From NCBI GenBank assembly GCA_963749915.1, contig CAVVOP010000008.1, positions 608,001 to 672,000 on the forward strand: 64,000 nt of DNA. Reading direction: 5' to 3'. A program made the position numbers and the translations under genes. Shown in pieces: positions 40,770 to 52,497 of the stretch. The notes beneath the pieces are model-generated. The model was not told the origin of the DNA. It did no database searches and worked only from the letters and a program-made list of their open reading frames with translations. Each line of letters begins with the position of its first letter. The stretch's first letter is position 1. The DNA comes from an uncultured cyanobacterium (GTDB lineage: Bacteria; Cyanobacteriota; Cyanobacteriia; Cyanobacteriales; Cyanobacteriaceae).

Positions 40770-42281
40770 ATGGCTAGAGATTTGCGTGGATTTATTAAAC
40801 TATTAGAAGAAAAAGGACAACTAAAACGTATTAAAATAGAGGTTGACTCGGATTTAGAAATTGCGGAGATCGCTAATAGGATGTTGCAGGCAGGGGGACC
40901 AGGGTTGCTGTTTGAAAATGTTAAAAATTCTCCTTTCCCCATCGCTGTGAATCTATTAGGCACTTTACAACGGGTTTGTTGGGCGATGAAAATGGAAAAT
41001 CCCCAAGAATTAGAAGAATTAGGTAAAAAATTGGGGATGTTGCAACAACCAAAACCACCGAAAAAAATTAGTCAGGCGATCGATTTTGGTAAAGTGTTGT
41101 TTGATGTGGTGAAAGCCAAACCAAGTAGAGACTTTTTCCCCCCTTGTCAGCAGATGGTTATGGAAGAGAAAGATTTAGACTTAAACTTATTACCCCTAAT
41201 TCGCCCTTATCCCAAAGATGCAGGGAAAATTATTACTTTAGGGCTAGTTATCACCAAAGATTGCGAAACTGGTACGCCGAACGTTGGAGTTTATCGTTTA
41301 CAGTTACAATCTGACACAACCATGACGATACATTGGTTGTCTGTGAGAGGTGGTGCAAGACATCTACGAAAAGCGGCTTTAATGGGCAAAAAGTTGGAAG
41401 TTGCCATCGCCCTTGGAGTTGATCCTTTAATTATTTTAGCGGCGGCTACTCCCATTCCTGTGGACTTATCAGAGTGGTTATTTGCCGGATTATATGGTGG
41501 ATCTGGGGTAAAATTAGCTAAATGCAAAACCCTTGATTTAGAAGTACCTGCGGATTCTGAATTTATCTTAGAAGGTACAATTACACCAGGAGAAATGTTA
41601 CCCGATGGTCCTTTTGGCGATCACATGGGTTATTATGGTGGGGTGGAAGATTCTCCTCTAGTGCGTTTTCACTGCATGACACACCGTAAAGATCCTGTTT
41701 ATCTTACTACCTTTAGTGGAAGACCACCCAAAGAAGAAGCGATGATGGCGATCGCTCTCAATCGTATCTATACCCCCATTTTACGACAACAGGTATCGGA
41801 GATCACAGACTTTTTCTTACCGATGGAAGCATTAAGCTATAAAGCGGCGGTGATTTCCATTGATAAAGCCTACCCAGGACAAGCAAAACGTGCGGCTATG
41901 GCTTTTTGGAGTGCTTTACCCCAATTTACCTACACAAAATTCGTGATAATTGTCGATAAGGAAATCAATATCAGAGATCCTCGTCAAGTAGTGTGGGCGA
42001 TTACTTCCAAAGTTGACCCCGTGCGAGATGTCTTTATCTTACCAGAAACTCCTTTTGACACCCTTGATTTTGCCAGTGAAAAAATCGGCTTGGGGGGGAG
42101 AATGGCGATAGATGCTACTACTAAGATATATCCCGAAACGGATCATCAATGGGGGGAAGTCTTAGAATCTGATGAAGCCATCTCTGAAAAAGTAACTCAA
42201 AGATGGGCAGAATATGGCTTAGGAGAGTTAAACTTGGGGGAAATCAATCCTAATCTATTCGGCTACGAAATCAAAGTCTAA
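40770..42281 (+). CDS. ubiD: UbiD-family decarboxylase
   Basis: NVGVYRLQ, DGPFGDHMGYY, GRPPKEE. Confidence 0.92.
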   Translation: MARDLRGFIKLLEEKGQLKRIKIEVDSDLEIAEIANRMLQAGGPGLLFENVKNSPFPIAVNLLGTLQRVCWAMKMENPQELEELGKKLGMLQQPKPPKKISQAIDFGKVLFDVVKAKPSRDFFPPCQQMVMEEKDLDLNLLPLIRPYPKDAGKIITLGLVITKDCETGTPNVGVYRLQLQSDTTMTIHWLSVRGGARHLRKAALMGKKLEVAIALGVDPLIILAAATPIPVDLSEWLFAGLYGGSGVKLAKCKTLDLEVPADSEFILEGTITPGEMLPDGPFGDHMGYYGGVEDSPLVRFHCMTHRKDPVYLTTFSGRPPKEEAMMAIALNRIYTPILRQQVSEITDFFLPMEALSYKAAVISIDKAYPGQAKRAAMAFWSALPQFTYTKFVIIVDKEINIRDPRQVVWAITSKVDPVRDVFILPETPFDTLDFASEKIGLGGRMAIDATTKIYPETDHQWGEVLESDEAISEKVTQRWAEYGLGELNLGEINPNLFGYEIKV

Positions 42282-42316
42282 ATGATGGGTGTTTTTGAAT
42301 GATTTTTAATTCTGGC

Positions 42317-42513
42317 GGCGATGTTCAAAAAGGGGGAATTTTAGGTAACACAAGCAGGTCAAATTGAGCCAAGTGAAAACTTAGCTTGAAGGACGGCAGT
42401 ATTGTTTTCGAAGTCAAACGGTCAGGCTCGTTGAAATCTTTCAAAGCCAAGCATTTGTTCTGTTCCGCCGACTGATTTTTGGCGCTTTGTGTAACCCTGT
42501 TTTGAACATCGCC
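42317..42513. mobile_element. 197-bp MITE-like derivative, possibly of an IS5-family element
   Basis: TIR GGCGATGTTCAAAA / TTTTGAACATCGCC; the minus strand carries a degenerate RTNAWL..RFQR transposase-like tail. Confidence 0.7.
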
Positions 42514-42554
42514 TAAAACGGTTATTTTATCTCCTCAAGAAATTGATGAAAATG

Positions 42555-42584
42555 AAAATCAAAATCAAAATCAAAATCAAAATC
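42555..42584. repeat. (AAAATC)5 microsatellite
   Basis: Read directly. Confidence 0.85.
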
Positions 42585-43413
42585 GAGGTAAATTAATCTT
42601 AGATGCCAGTTGTCCCCCAAGACAAAGAAGACCAAGAAAAGAAACCAGTAGAATTTGGGGGTAAAATAAGTGCCAGTATTTATAAAAATTAAGAAACTTG
42701 GTGGCTTCGACTAGAGTATTGTGATCTTGTTTCCCAGAAGCTCCAAGTTCGTCGCTGACTTCTTTAATTCTGACCTTGACCACTTCTGGTTTCTCTTCGG
42801 GTACAATCAAGGAACGGACGCGATCGCCCATTTTTTGGACCAAATGTTTGACCTGCTGGGATTTTTCGCTTAAAAAGCCTTTAAGTCCTTCAGATTCGCT
42901 TTTTAAATGGTCTTTTGCCCCATTTTTGATTACTACCACTCCCCCATCGATCGCTTCTACATCCTCAGGGAAGAGTACCGCCTGCCCACCAAAAGGTTCG
43001 GCAATATCCCCACCTAAGATATAGGCCATAATTTCTCCTGTTTCCCAATCAAAGAGAAAATCCTCAATCCAACCAAAGGAATCTGACAGCGGAGAATTTA
43101 CCCTCAAACCGTTGAGGCGGCGGAGATTGCCAGGGGGCTCGAAAAGACTACTGCTGTAAGTTAAGACCGCATCAGGACCAACTACAGATACTTGTTCTAA
43201 AGGAGTATAGCCTTGACTACCCCCCAGGTAAACTACTTGTCCTTTTTCGTCTAGCCAAACTTCCTCGACGCGATCGTATTCGGTGGCGGTAGAACCGTCC
43301 ATTGTCATCAAACCAATAATTTGACTGCGACGAATTACATTACAAGGAGGACAAGGAAGGAAAGTAGACAAGGGAGTGAAAAGCCTATTCTTTGGTTGAG
43401 GAATCTTCCCCAT
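42577..43413 (-). CDS. PRC-barrel domain protein; both termini look chimeric
   Basis: VIRRSQIIGL..VEEVWLD and GWIEDFLFDWETGEI double PRC-barrel pattern. Confidence 0.7.
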   Translation of the reverse strand: MGKIPQPKNRLFTPLSTFLPCPPCNVIRRSQIIGLMTMDGSTATEYDRVEEVWLDEKGQVVYLGGSQGYTPLEQVSVVGPDAVLTYSSSLFEPPGNLRRLNGLRVNSPLSDSFGWIEDFLFDWETGEIMAYILGGDIAEPFGGQAVLFPEDVEAIDGGVVVIKNGAKDHLKSESEGLKGFLSEKSQQVKHLVQKMGDRVRSLIVPEEKPEVVKVRIKEVSDELGASGKQDHNTLVEATKFLNFYKYWHLFYPQILLVSFLGLLCLGGQLASKINLPRF

Positions 43414-43570
43414 CTTCCCCCTCTTCCAAGTCCCACTTTCTGCTTGGGGATTTCGCCAAGTCTCACCTCGCAGACAATTTTATCTCCCTCAAATAAGGTT
43501 AGGACATGAGGGTTGAGATTGATCGAGTTGCTTAAGAAGATTTACTTACCTTCATTGAAGTCAAAATTAT

Positions 43571-43616
43571 TCGGGTTTCTGTTCACTAGTTAAACGGATC
43601 AATGTCAGAAACCCGA
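43571..43616. repeat. 11-bp inverted repeat downstream of hspA
   Basis: TCGGGTTTCTG ... CAGAAACCCGA. Confidence 0.6.
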
Positions 43617-43704
43617 TTTTTAAGGTTCAGCTTGCCATCTTTCTATCTGATTCGATTCTCTGGACGATTTGATTCTCTGGTCAACCGAAAGGGAGAAGAG
43701 AGAA

Positions 43705-44160
43705 TTAGGCAACATTTACCTTAACGACTTTATTTTTTTCCTCTTCAGCTTTGGGCAGAGTTAAGCTTAAGATACCTTCTTTGTACTCTGCTTTCACGTT
43801 TTTATTTTGGACATGGGCCGGCAAAGGAATGACACGGCGGAAACTACCATAGCGGAATTCACTCCGACTTATGCCTTTTTCTTCCGTTTTGCTTTCTTCT
43901 TTGCGTTCGCCGCTAATGGAAACACTGTCAGGAGAAACTTCAACATCGATGTCTTTAGCATCCATTCCTGGAACTTCCAGTTTCAGATGGATTTCTTCTG
44001 GGGTTTCGTCCATTTCAGCAGCGGGCACAAAAGCCGAGCCCCACTGACCAGTCGTCTCCCGTGCTAGACCGTCAAATAAGCTGTTCATTTCCTTTTGTAA
44101 GCCAGCAATTTCCGAAAAAGGTTCCCAACGCATTAATGTCATGGTTTTTACCTCCTTCAT
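43705..44160 (-). CDS. hspA: Small heat-shock protein Hsp20 (start probably ATG 44142)
   Basis: LEVPGM, SEFRYGSFRRVIPLP, AEYKEGILSLTLPK, VVKVNV; GGAGG RBS before the second ATG. Confidence 0.9.
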   Translation of the reverse strand: MKEVKTMTLMRWEPFSEIAGLQKEMNSLFDGLARETTGQWGSAFVPAAEMDETPEEIHLKLEVPGMDAKDIDVEVSPDSVSISGERKEESKTEEKGISRSEFRYGSFRRVIPLPAHVQNKNVKAEYKEGILSLTLPKAEEEKNKVVKVNVA

Positions 44161-44490
44161 TAATTATTATGTTTTCTACCTTTATCTTAACACAAAACTG
44201 CTTCACCTCAGTTCGATATAACAATAATGCTGAAAGCCTGCTATAATAAGTATTTTCACCTTTTTCCTAATTAGGGCTTGCTGAATAAATTACTAATAAT
44301 TTCATCTGTAATGAGAAAGAAAAAAACTAAGTTTATCGGAAGAAATTTTGTTAACTTTATACTATTTACATCGAGATCCCCTGAAAAGTCAGATCGCCAA
44401 AGAAAGGTGCCACTCCGAGGTCGCGTAGTGGTATTTCACGATAACTTTTAAGTTATGGTATGCTGAAATATGGACTATTAAATTAATGAA

Positions 44491-45831
44491 ATGAGTGTAT
44501 CTAATTCCACTAAAAATATACCTGTTAATTATTCCATAAATTGGTTTTTTCGCAAGGTAATTACGACTATTGCTGATTTACGTTTAGCTATTATTTTATT
44601 ATTAATAATTGCTTTTTTTAGCATTAGTGGCACAGTTATTGAACAAAATCAGCCCGTTAATTATTATCAGGAAAATTATCCAGAAAGTCCTGCTTTGTTC
44701 GGATTTTTAACATGGCAAGTATTATTGACCATGGGCTTAAATCATGTCTATACTACTTGGTGGTATTTAAGTATTTTAGTTTTATTTGGTAGCAGTTTGA
44801 TTGCCTGTACTTTTAGACGGCAATTGCCAGCTTTAAAAGCGGCAAAAATATGGAATTTTTATGAGCAATCAAGACAGTTTAATAAATTGGCTTTAAGTGC
44901 AGAAATTACGACGGAATCCTTAGATAAAATTAACTCTGTCATAACTCAAAGAGGTTATAAAGTTTATCAAAATGATAATTCCTTATATGCTCAAAAGGGT
45001 ATAACTGGAAGAATCGGACCTATAATTGTTCATATGGGGATAATTCTTGTTTTATTAGGAGCAATTTATGGTGCTTTTACAGGATTTTTTGCTCAAGAAA
45101 TGATCCCTAGTGGGGAAACTTTTACTATTCAAAATTTTTTAGAGGCTGGTAAATTTACTAACTTACACTATCCTCAATCTTTTGATATTAAAGTTAATAA
45201 TTTTTGGATTAAATACACTTCTAATGGTTCAGTAGATCAATTTTATTCTGATTTATCGGTCGTGAATAAAACCGGTAAAGAATTAGAGCGAAAAACTATT
45301 TTTGTGAACCAACCTTTAAGATATAAAGGCATCACTTTTTATCAAACAAATTGGGGTATTTCCGCCGTTAAAATTCAACTCAACAATAGTCCTATTTTTC
45401 AATTACCTATGGCAGAATTAACCAACGAAAGAAAAGGACGTATTTGGGGTACATGGATTCCTATTAAACCAGATCTAAGTGAAGGAATTTCTTTAGTTGC
45501 TAAGGATTTACAAGGCACAATGTTTCTCTATGATATGCAGGGGAAATTAATTAGTGCCGTACGTCCCAATATGCCTGTAGAGGTTAATGGGGTTACTGTC
45601 AAAATACTAGATTTAATCGGTTCTACCGGGTTACAAATTAAGGCAGATCCCGGTGTACCCTTTGTTTATCTGGGTTTTGCTCTTTTGATGATCGGTGTGG
45701 TCATGAGTTATGTCTCTTTTTCTCAAATTTGGGCATTACAAGAAGGCGATCGCTATTTTATCGGCGGTAAAACTAATCGTGCACAGGTCACTTTTGAAAA
45801 GGAAATATATCAAATTTTAGAACAACTTTAA
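44491..45831 (+). CDS. ccsB: Cytochrome c biogenesis protein Ccs1/CcsB (ResB family)
   Basis: [31 protein letters not shown]. Confidence 0.93.
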   Translation: MSVSNSTKNIPVNYSINWFFRKVITTIADLRLAIILLLIIAFFSISGTVIEQNQPVNYYQENYPESPALFGFLTWQVLLTMGLNHVYTTWWYLSILVLFGSSLIACTFRRQLPALKAAKIWNFYEQSRQFNKLALSAEITTESLDKINSVITQRGYKVYQNDNSLYAQKGITGRIGPIIVHMGIILVLLGAIYGAFTGFFAQEMIPSGETFTIQNFLEAGKFTNLHYPQSFDIKVNNFWIKYTSNGSVDQFYSDLSVVNKTGKELERKTIFVNQPLRYKGITFYQTNWGISAVKIQLNNSPIFQLPMAELTNERKGRIWGTWIPIKPDLSEGISLVAKDLQGTMFLYDMQGKLISAVRPNMPVEVNGVTVKILDLIGSTGLQIKADPGVPFVYLGFALLMIGVVMSYVSFSQIWALQEGDRYFIGGKTNRAQVTFEKEIYQILEQL

Positions 45832-45878
45832 CAATTAACAATTAACGATTATTTACTATTACTATTTTCTATAAAATT

Positions 45879-46217
45879 ATGAGTATTAACAGTATAAATG
45901 TGGAAGAATTAGCGGTTATTTTAACGGAAGAAAATAAGGAAATACAATTCATTGATGTCAGGGAAGAAAACGAAGCAGAAATTGCATTTTTACCTTCTTT
46001 TAAACTATTACCTTTGAGTCAATACAAACAATGGGAAAGTAAAATTAAAACCATATTTAGTGCAGATTTAGAAACTATCGTTATGTGTCATCATGGTATT
46101 CGATCGGCTAATATGTGTCAATGGTTGATAAGTCAAGGATTTTCTAAGGTGAAGAATGTTTCGGGAGGAATCGATGCCTATGCAGTATATATTGATTCTT
46201 CTATCCCTCGTTATTAA
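45879..46217 (+). CDS. Rhodanese-like domain protein
   Basis: IDVRE, CHHGIRS, GGIDAY. Confidence 0.92.
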   Translation: MSINSINVEELAVILTEENKEIQFIDVREENEAEIAFLPSFKLLPLSQYKQWESKIKTIFSADLETIVMCHHGIRSANMCQWLISQGFSKVKNVSGGIDAYAVYIDSSIPRY

Positions 46218-46256
46218 TCAAGGAATTTACTGGAAACATGGTAGGTTATAAATATA

Positions 46257-47396
46257 CTAATCCTGAGGGTAAATTAACGTCGTCACAGGGTTGGCTTCAT
46301 TTCCCTCTACTATAATATTTTTATCCTGCAATTTACCTTTGGCTTTAACTCCCCGCAAATTAAAGTCAGGATTTATCTGTTTATAATAAACATTTCCATC
46401 GGCATTTATTTCTTTATTATCTAAATTCCACACCAAATTATCGGCATAAATTTCTACTTCATTTTTCACAGCTTGTCCATAAATTCCTTCATGTAAATAA
46501 ACTTGATTTTCCTCTAAATCAAATTTCACGGTATTCGCCGTTAAGGTCATATTGTCTTCTGGTTGAAACAATCTAGTTGCTTGATTAGATTCTACTTTGC
46601 GATCGCCATAATACCATATAACTCTGGTGGTAGCGGCTTGTAAAGGAGGTTTTAAAGATTGATATTCAACGTTACCGTTAATAATGGCAATATTATTATT
46701 CAAATCTATTTCTGCTTGATCAGTTTTTATTTTATCTGTAACTAATTTATTTTCATCAAAACGCACCATTTCTAAAAAGCTATTTCCAATTAATTTATTT
46801 TCGGTAATTTTCCAATATAAATGCTGAGTTTTTAGTTGTAAAGAAGGATTTCTCGTATTAGCAATAATATTTTCAGATAACTCTAATATTTGATTTTTTG
46901 TGTTATATTTTGCCTCTTTCGCACTTGCTAATAACTTAGTATGATTGGCTTTTATGCCTTTGTTTCCCGTCATCATCATAAAATTCTCTTCTGGTTTCCA
47001 TATAACTTCTTGCCCTTTAAACTCTGCTTTATTACGAGTATCAAAAGCGATAATTTCCCCAGATAAATAAATTTCTTTACCGTCATTTTTGATCTCTCCT
47101 GTTTTCGCACTAACTTGTAAAATAATTTTTCCCTTTTCAAATAAATTACCCGTTAAATCTTCTAAAATAGCACTTTTCTTATCTTGAGTATAAGTGGCTT
47201 TTTTCGTACTTAAACGCCATAAAATTTGACCTCGAGAATTTGATTGTTCTAGGGTAGCATTGTACAAAACTAAACCTTGTTCTATTTCCCTTTTAAAGTT
47301 GGAATTATCTGTTTCTTCTGACTGATTATTTCCTTGGCAACTAACTAACAAAAAACACAAAAAAATGGCAGAAATTTTTTTTTTAAATAACATCAT
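46257..47396 (-). CDS. lptC: LPS export periplasmic protein, LptC-like (multi-domain lipoprotein)
   Basis: Lipobox LLVSC; repeated beta-jellyroll-like segments. Confidence 0.8.
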   Translation of the reverse strand: MMLFKKKISAIFLCFLLVSCQGNNQSEETDNSNFKREIEQGLVLYNATLEQSNSRGQILWRLSTKKATYTQDKKSAILEDLTGNLFEKGKIILQVSAKTGEIKNDGKEIYLSGEIIAFDTRNKAEFKGQEVIWKPEENFMMMTGNKGIKANHTKLLASAKEAKYNTKNQILELSENIIANTRNPSLQLKTQHLYWKITENKLIGNSFLEMVRFDENKLVTDKIKTDQAEIDLNNNIAIINGNVEYQSLKPPLQAATTRVIWYYGDRKVESNQATRLFQPEDNMTLTANTVKFDLEENQVYLHEGIYGQAVKNEVEIYADNLVWNLDNKEINADGNVYYKQINPDFNLRGVKAKGKLQDKNIIVEGNEANPVTTLIYPQD

Positions 47397-47492
47397 TTAA
47401 TAACTCATATTTAACATAATAGATGACAATGTATAGTTGATAGTTGATAATATACCGTAATTGTTTGTTGTCTTTTCCAGGGAGAATCAAAA

Positions 47493-47996
47493 TTAATTGT
47501 TAATTACCAATTGATCTCGCACATGATCCACAAAAAGAATGCCATTAAGATGATCTAATTCATGTTGAATAATTCGAGCGATAAAATTACTATATTCTTC
47601 CTGTCGAAAATTACCATCACGAGCAATATACTCTACCATAATATCTTGATAGCGGGGAACATTGCCCCGTTTTTTTTGAACACTGAGACAACCTTCTGTT
47701 CCCATGACAACTTCTTCTGAATAGCTGATGATACGGGGGTTGATCATTGCCAAAGGAGGCATAAAAGGTGCATCAGGATAACGAATATTCGGGTGCGAGG
47801 ATACAATAATAATTCGACAAGATTCACCAATTTGAGGTGCGGCGATCCCAACGCCGTGAGCTTGTTTTGTAATCAAAATTAGCTCACCAATGAGGGCTTG
47901 TATTTTTGGGTGATCAACTTCTGTGACTTCGGCCGCTATTTGTCGTAAAATGGGATTACCAATTTGCAATATTTCTGTCTCTATATTGGTGTTCAT
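47493..47996 (-). CDS. def: Peptide deformylase
   Basis: GVGIAAPQIG, EGCLS, QHELDH. Confidence 0.97.
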   Translation of the reverse strand: MNTNIETEILQIGNPILRQIAAEVTEVDHPKIQALIGELILITKQAHGVGIAAPQIGESCRIIIVSSHPNIRYPDAPFMPPLAMINPRIISYSEEVVMGTEGCLSVQKKRGNVPRYQDIMVEYIARDGNFRQEEYSNFIARIIQHELDHLNGILFVDHVRDQLVINN

Positions 47997-48124
47997 GAGT
48001 TTCTACTTATTAAGTATTACTTATTGATTGGACACTTCCAAAAAATCTAATTTTTGACGATCCTGGGGGATGTCCCTTTTTTTTGACAAAGTTAATATTG
48101 TGTTATTTGGTTAACTTAAAAGGT

Positions 48125-48571
48125 TTAAAAAACGAAAATAGCCCCAGTTGTTTGTAAATTAAAAGTACGATTCCCTTGACTAACACTATCTATTTGTGTA
48201 ACTCTCAATTCAATAGTATTATCTGGAGTCACTTCTACTAAATACTTAAGATTGATTCTTGAACTATTGGGATTTTTTGTGTCTGGATATATAACTATAT
48301 AGGATGGCGGTTGAAGACTTTCAATGGTTTCTGTCGCCCCCACCTCTATTTCTGAGGGTTCTGATATAGTGTCTGTCAATGCATAGTCTAAAGCGGTGCC
48401 ACTGTCGTTGATAATTTTTAAAGTTATCGGTTTGCTTAAATCTACCCTAGCTATTGGCTGCCAAAATCCGGGTTGAAAAGTTTCGGCCGGAGGGTTTTGA
48501 TCCTGTGCGATCGCTGGTACATGGCTGGCGATGGCTAAAACTAGAGAAGAAATCACAAGAGATTTAAACAT
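48125..48571 (-). CDS. Secreted hypothetical protein
   Basis: Signal peptide; FQPGFWQPIARV motif. Confidence 0.7.
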   Translation of the reverse strand: MFKSLVISSLVLAIASHVPAIAQDQNPPAETFQPGFWQPIARVDLSKPITLKIINDSGTALDYALTDTISEPSEIEVGATETIESLQPPSYIVIYPDTKNPNSSRINLKYLVEVTPDNTIELRVTQIDSVSQGNRTFNLQTTGAIFVF

Positions 48572-48631
48572 GGTTTAACTAATTTTTGACAATAATAAAG
48601 TTGTTATTCTAACTCAAAATTAAATTTATAG

Positions 48632-49207
48632 TTAATTGGTTTTCAGTAAATTTTCGGCGTTGACTTTTTCCTCGTTTTGACGACGTTTTTTCGCATATAG
48701 CTGAATAGTTACCGCCATTAAAATTACTAAGCCAATAATTAACCAAGTGGTAATATCTAAAGGTAAATTATTTTTAAACACGGCTAACAGCACTATCACT
48801 AATAATAAAATAGTGGGGGCTTCGTTTAAAGCTCGAAATTTTTGCCCACTCCATGAATTTTCACCCTTTGCGAGTTGTTTGATGATTCTGCCACACCAAA
48901 AATGATAAATCAACAACAAACCCACAAATAAAAATTTGATATGTAACCATCCAGATTTTAACACCTCTGGTTCAGTACTTATTAATCCCATCGCCATTGC
49001 CACGGTGACAATCATCCCTGGGGTGGTAATGATGTTATAGAGACGTTTTTCCATCAACTCATATTGTTGCTTTAAAATGCTTTGGGCTGGTTCGGGTTTT
49101 TCATATGCTTCAGCGTGATATACAAATAAACGTACAAGATAGAATAATCCTGCAAACCAAACCACGATACCGATAAGGTGAAATGCTTTATACCAAGAAT
49201 AAGCCAT
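48632..49207 (-). CDS. hemJ: Protoporphyrinogen oxidase HemJ
   Basis: KAFHLI..WFAGLFYLVRLFVYHAE, WLHIK, RALNEAPT. Confidence 0.96.
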   Translation of the reverse strand: MAYSWYKAFHLIGIVVWFAGLFYLVRLFVYHAEAYEKPEPAQSILKQQYELMEKRLYNIITTPGMIVTVAMAMGLISTEPEVLKSGWLHIKFLFVGLLLIYHFWCGRIIKQLAKGENSWSGQKFRALNEAPTILLLVIVLLAVFKNNLPLDITTWLIIGLVILMAVTIQLYAKKRRQNEEKVNAENLLKTN

Positions 49208-49323
49208 AATTTTTTATGCAGATTTTTATAAAATAATTATTAATGAATCAACACTTATTAATCATTAATGATAAAAAAATAAATGCGTCTTGATTAATTA
49301 ATGTTTACATTTATTATCAACTA

Positions 49324-50382
49324 TCAATTATCAATTATTGCTTTTAACCATGACTCAAAATTATTTCCCCATGCTGTTAATGAGTAAATTTCTTCCGCAC
49401 ATTGGCGACAATCATAACGATTAATTTCGGAGAGACGAAGAATAGCTGAAACTAATCCTTCGATACTGTCAGGAGTCACTAAAAAGCCTGTTTTACCCTC
49501 AGTGACGATTTCTCCGGGACCTCCTCTAGCGTAACTGATAACGGGAACTCCACAGGCTAAGGCTTCGATGGCCACGTTCCCAAAGGCTTCCATCCAACGA
49601 GGAGTCATTAATAAGGCTTGACAATTACCTAACTCTCTTTGTAAATCGATGGTGGATAAGAAACCTTTATAGTCTATGGGTGCATGGGGATGTTCTGTAA
49701 GGATATTTTGCCAGTAGTCTTCATCTTGGATTTTGCCGAAAATTAATAAGGGTATTTGAGTTATTTCTGAGGCTTTGACGGCATCTTCTAAGGCTTTTTC
49801 CGGTGCAATTCTGCCTAACCATGCTAATTTTTCCTCGGCTTTTTCCCTAAATTCGTATAAAGACAAGTCAATACCACTGCCTAAATGTTGACAAACTTCA
49901 GGAAAGGGAAAAGTTTCCGCTTGAGATTTGGTATAAACACCAAAATTTTGAGGATATTTACGAGCAGTTGCCGCCATGATTTGATCTAAACTATTAGATA
50001 ATGAACCCATACTGATAAAGTGGGCGATCGCCGTCTCAAAAAAAGGTGTAAGATAAAAAGGTAACCAGTCAAAAGCAAAGTTTATCAAGACATCATAATC
50101 AGATTGTACACCTCTTGCATATTGCCACATGTTCGCTAACACGGAGTTTTCGGGTATAATGGCGGGAATATCACGGGTTTGGGTTTGTGCGGGAATATGT
50201 AAATTGCCCTCTATCTGGACTATATCCGCATTGGCAAAAAAAGATCCTTCTGGTGCAACTATTTTGACAATATGGTTACGCCGTTGCATTTCTTGAATAA
50301 GATTATATATGGTTAATTCTACACCGCCTCCCATACCTGAGCTTAAGGCACCCACAGGAGTAGATAAAATTAAGATTTTCAT
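49324..50382 (-). CDS. Glycosyltransferase family 4
   Basis: GGGVE, GRIAPEK, EAFGNVAIEALACGVPV. Confidence 0.92.
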   Translation of the reverse strand: MKILILSTPVGALSSGMGGGVELTIYNLIQEMQRRNHIVKIVAPEGSFFANADIVQIEGNLHIPAQTQTRDIPAIIPENSVLANMWQYARGVQSDYDVLINFAFDWLPFYLTPFFETAIAHFISMGSLSNSLDQIMAATARKYPQNFGVYTKSQAETFPFPEVCQHLGSGIDLSLYEFREKAEEKLAWLGRIAPEKALEDAVKASEITQIPLLIFGKIQDEDYWQNILTEHPHAPIDYKGFLSTIDLQRELGNCQALLMTPRWMEAFGNVAIEALACGVPVISYARGGPGEIVTEGKTGFLVTPDSIEGLVSAILRLSEINRYDCRQCAEEIYSLTAWGNNFESWLKAIIDN

Positions 50383-50528
50383 TGAAACAATAGACCTCTT
50401 GCAAAAATAGATTTCTTCGTTAGGTAATTTTGGATTTTGGATTATAGACTTGTTTGTTCCCTCAGTAAAACAATAGGCGATCGCTCTGTTATATTAATAA
50501 GAGATAAAAGCCATTAAATAACAAAAAT

Positions 50529-50816
50529 ATGAGTATTAGTAAAGAAGAAGTCAAAAAAGTTGCCAATTTAGCTCGTTTGGAAATTACTTCGGCACAAGAA
50601 GAAGAATTTGGCACTCAATTAAATGCTATTCTCGATTATTTTGAACAATTGAGCGAATTAGACACAGACAATGTACAACCGACTACACGAGCCATCGATG
50701 TTAGTAATATTACCAGAAAAGATGAACAAGTAACTTATATAGATAGAGAAAGTTTATTAAACTCGGCACCAGAAAGAGAAGAAGACTTTTTCCAAGTGCC
50801 GAAAATTTTGGCTTAG
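50529..50816 (+). CDS. gatC: Asp/Glu-tRNA amidotransferase subunit C
   Basis: [10 protein letters not shown]...FFQVPKIL. Confidence 0.96.
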   Translation: MSISKEEVKKVANLARLEITSAQEEEFGTQLNAILDYFEQLSELDTDNVQPTTRAIDVSNITRKDEQVTYIDRESLLNSAPEREEDFFQVPKILA

Positions 50817-50931
50817 TTGATTTAGCCTCGACACTTCTCGGTTAAGGAAAATATAATTGCCCCCTGCCTCCTGCCTCCTGCAGTTTTTTATTTATTAATT
50901 TCTTATTTATTAAGTTGACCAACAGTGTCAG

Positions 50932-51936
50932 TTAATTGTAATAAGTCTTATACCAATCAACAAATTTTTGAATACCTACCTCTATGGGTGTACTTGGTTT
51001 AAAACCTACATCCTCGACTAAATCGTCCACATCAGCATAGGTAATGGGAACATCTCCGGGTTGTATTGGTAACAGATTTTTTTCCGCTTTCATCCCTAGA
51101 CAATGTTCGATGGTCTCGATAAACTTAACTAACTCAACGGGTTGATTATTGCCAATATTATAAACCTTATAAGGAGCATTGCTAGTGCTAGGATCTCGAT
51201 TCGTCCCTGACCAGTTAGGATTAGGTTGAGGAATATAATCCATAACCCTTACCACCCCTTCCACAATATCGTCAATATAAGTAAAATCCCGTTGCATTTT
51301 GCCATAATTGAATACTTTAATGGGTTTTCCTGCCAAAATCGCCTTAGTGAATAAGAAATAAGCCATATCCGGTCTTCCCCAAGGACCATATACCGTAAAA
51401 AACCGTAAACCCGTACAGGGCAAACCATATAAATGACTGTAAGTATGAGCCATTAATTCATTAGCTTTTTTCGTAGCGGCATAGAGGCTGACCGGATGAT
51501 CCACATTATCATGGGTGGAAAAAGGAATCTTTGTGTTAGATCCGTAAACAGAACTTGAGGAAGCAAAAACTAAATGTTTGACATCATGATAGCGACAGCA
51601 TTCCAAAATATTCATAAATCCCACAAGGTTACTATCAACATAAGCATGGGGATTTTTTAGGGAATATCTAACCCCAGCTTGGGCGGCAAGATTTACCACC
51701 ACCTCAAATTTATTTTCCGCAAAAAGTTGTTGAATATTATCTTTATCTGTTAAATCTAATTTATGAAATGTAAAACATTTTTTCCCCCTAATCTTGTCTA
51801 GTCTAGCAGTTTTTAAAGAGACATCATAATAGTCATTAATATTATCTAAACCCACGACCTCATTACCGAGAGATAAGAGTTTTTTGCTTAAATAAAACCC
51901 TATAAATCCTGCGGCACCAGTTACTAATATTTTCAT
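50932..51936 (-). CDS. NAD-dependent epimerase (UDP-glucuronate 4-epimerase-like)
   Basis: [31 protein letters not shown]. Confidence 0.92.
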   Translation of the reverse strand: MKILVTGAAGFIGFYLSKKLLSLGNEVVGLDNINDYYDVSLKTARLDKIRGKKCFTFHKLDLTDKDNIQQLFAENKFEVVVNLAAQAGVRYSLKNPHAYVDSNLVGFMNILECCRYHDVKHLVFASSSSVYGSNTKIPFSTHDNVDHPVSLYAATKKANELMAHTYSHLYGLPCTGLRFFTVYGPWGRPDMAYFLFTKAILAGKPIKVFNYGKMQRDFTYIDDIVEGVVRVMDYIPQPNPNWSGTNRDPSTSNAPYKVYNIGNNQPVELVKFIETIEHCLGMKAEKNLLPIQPGDVPITYADVDDLVEDVGFKPSTPIEVGIQKFVDWYKTYYN

Positions 51937-52497
51937 TTTTTTATGTTATTGATAATTCACTTTTAAGTTCAAATAAAATTCGCTTAAAATAATTAAAATA
52001 ATCGTCAATAATAAGCTATATAAAGCACCATAAAGGGTGAAATAGAAAATTAAACATCCTATAATCAATGTTAGTAATATATAACTCCATGCTACTGCCT
52101 TATGAGTCCATCCCGATTGTTGTAGTCGTTGAAAAATGTGTGTGCGGTGAGCTTCAAAGATATTTTCTCCCTTCCGTAATCTGGTAATTAGGGTATAAAT
52201 GGTATCCCCTGCAATAGGTAAAACAATGGCTAAACTTGACCAAGCAACGGTAACATCAGAAGATTGAATGAGTGCTATGGGAATAACTGCCCCTAAAAAA
52301 GTACTACCTACATCCCCCATAAAGATCTTAGCAGGAGACCAATTCCAGTACAAAAATCCTAACAAAGCCGAAACTAAGATGAACCATTCATATTGATGTA
52401 AATAGATAGCTAAAAAGGATAATTGCACCACAGAAACCCCTGCCACAAGACCATCCAAACCATCCATAAAATTATAGAAGTTAATCAAGGCGGTAAA

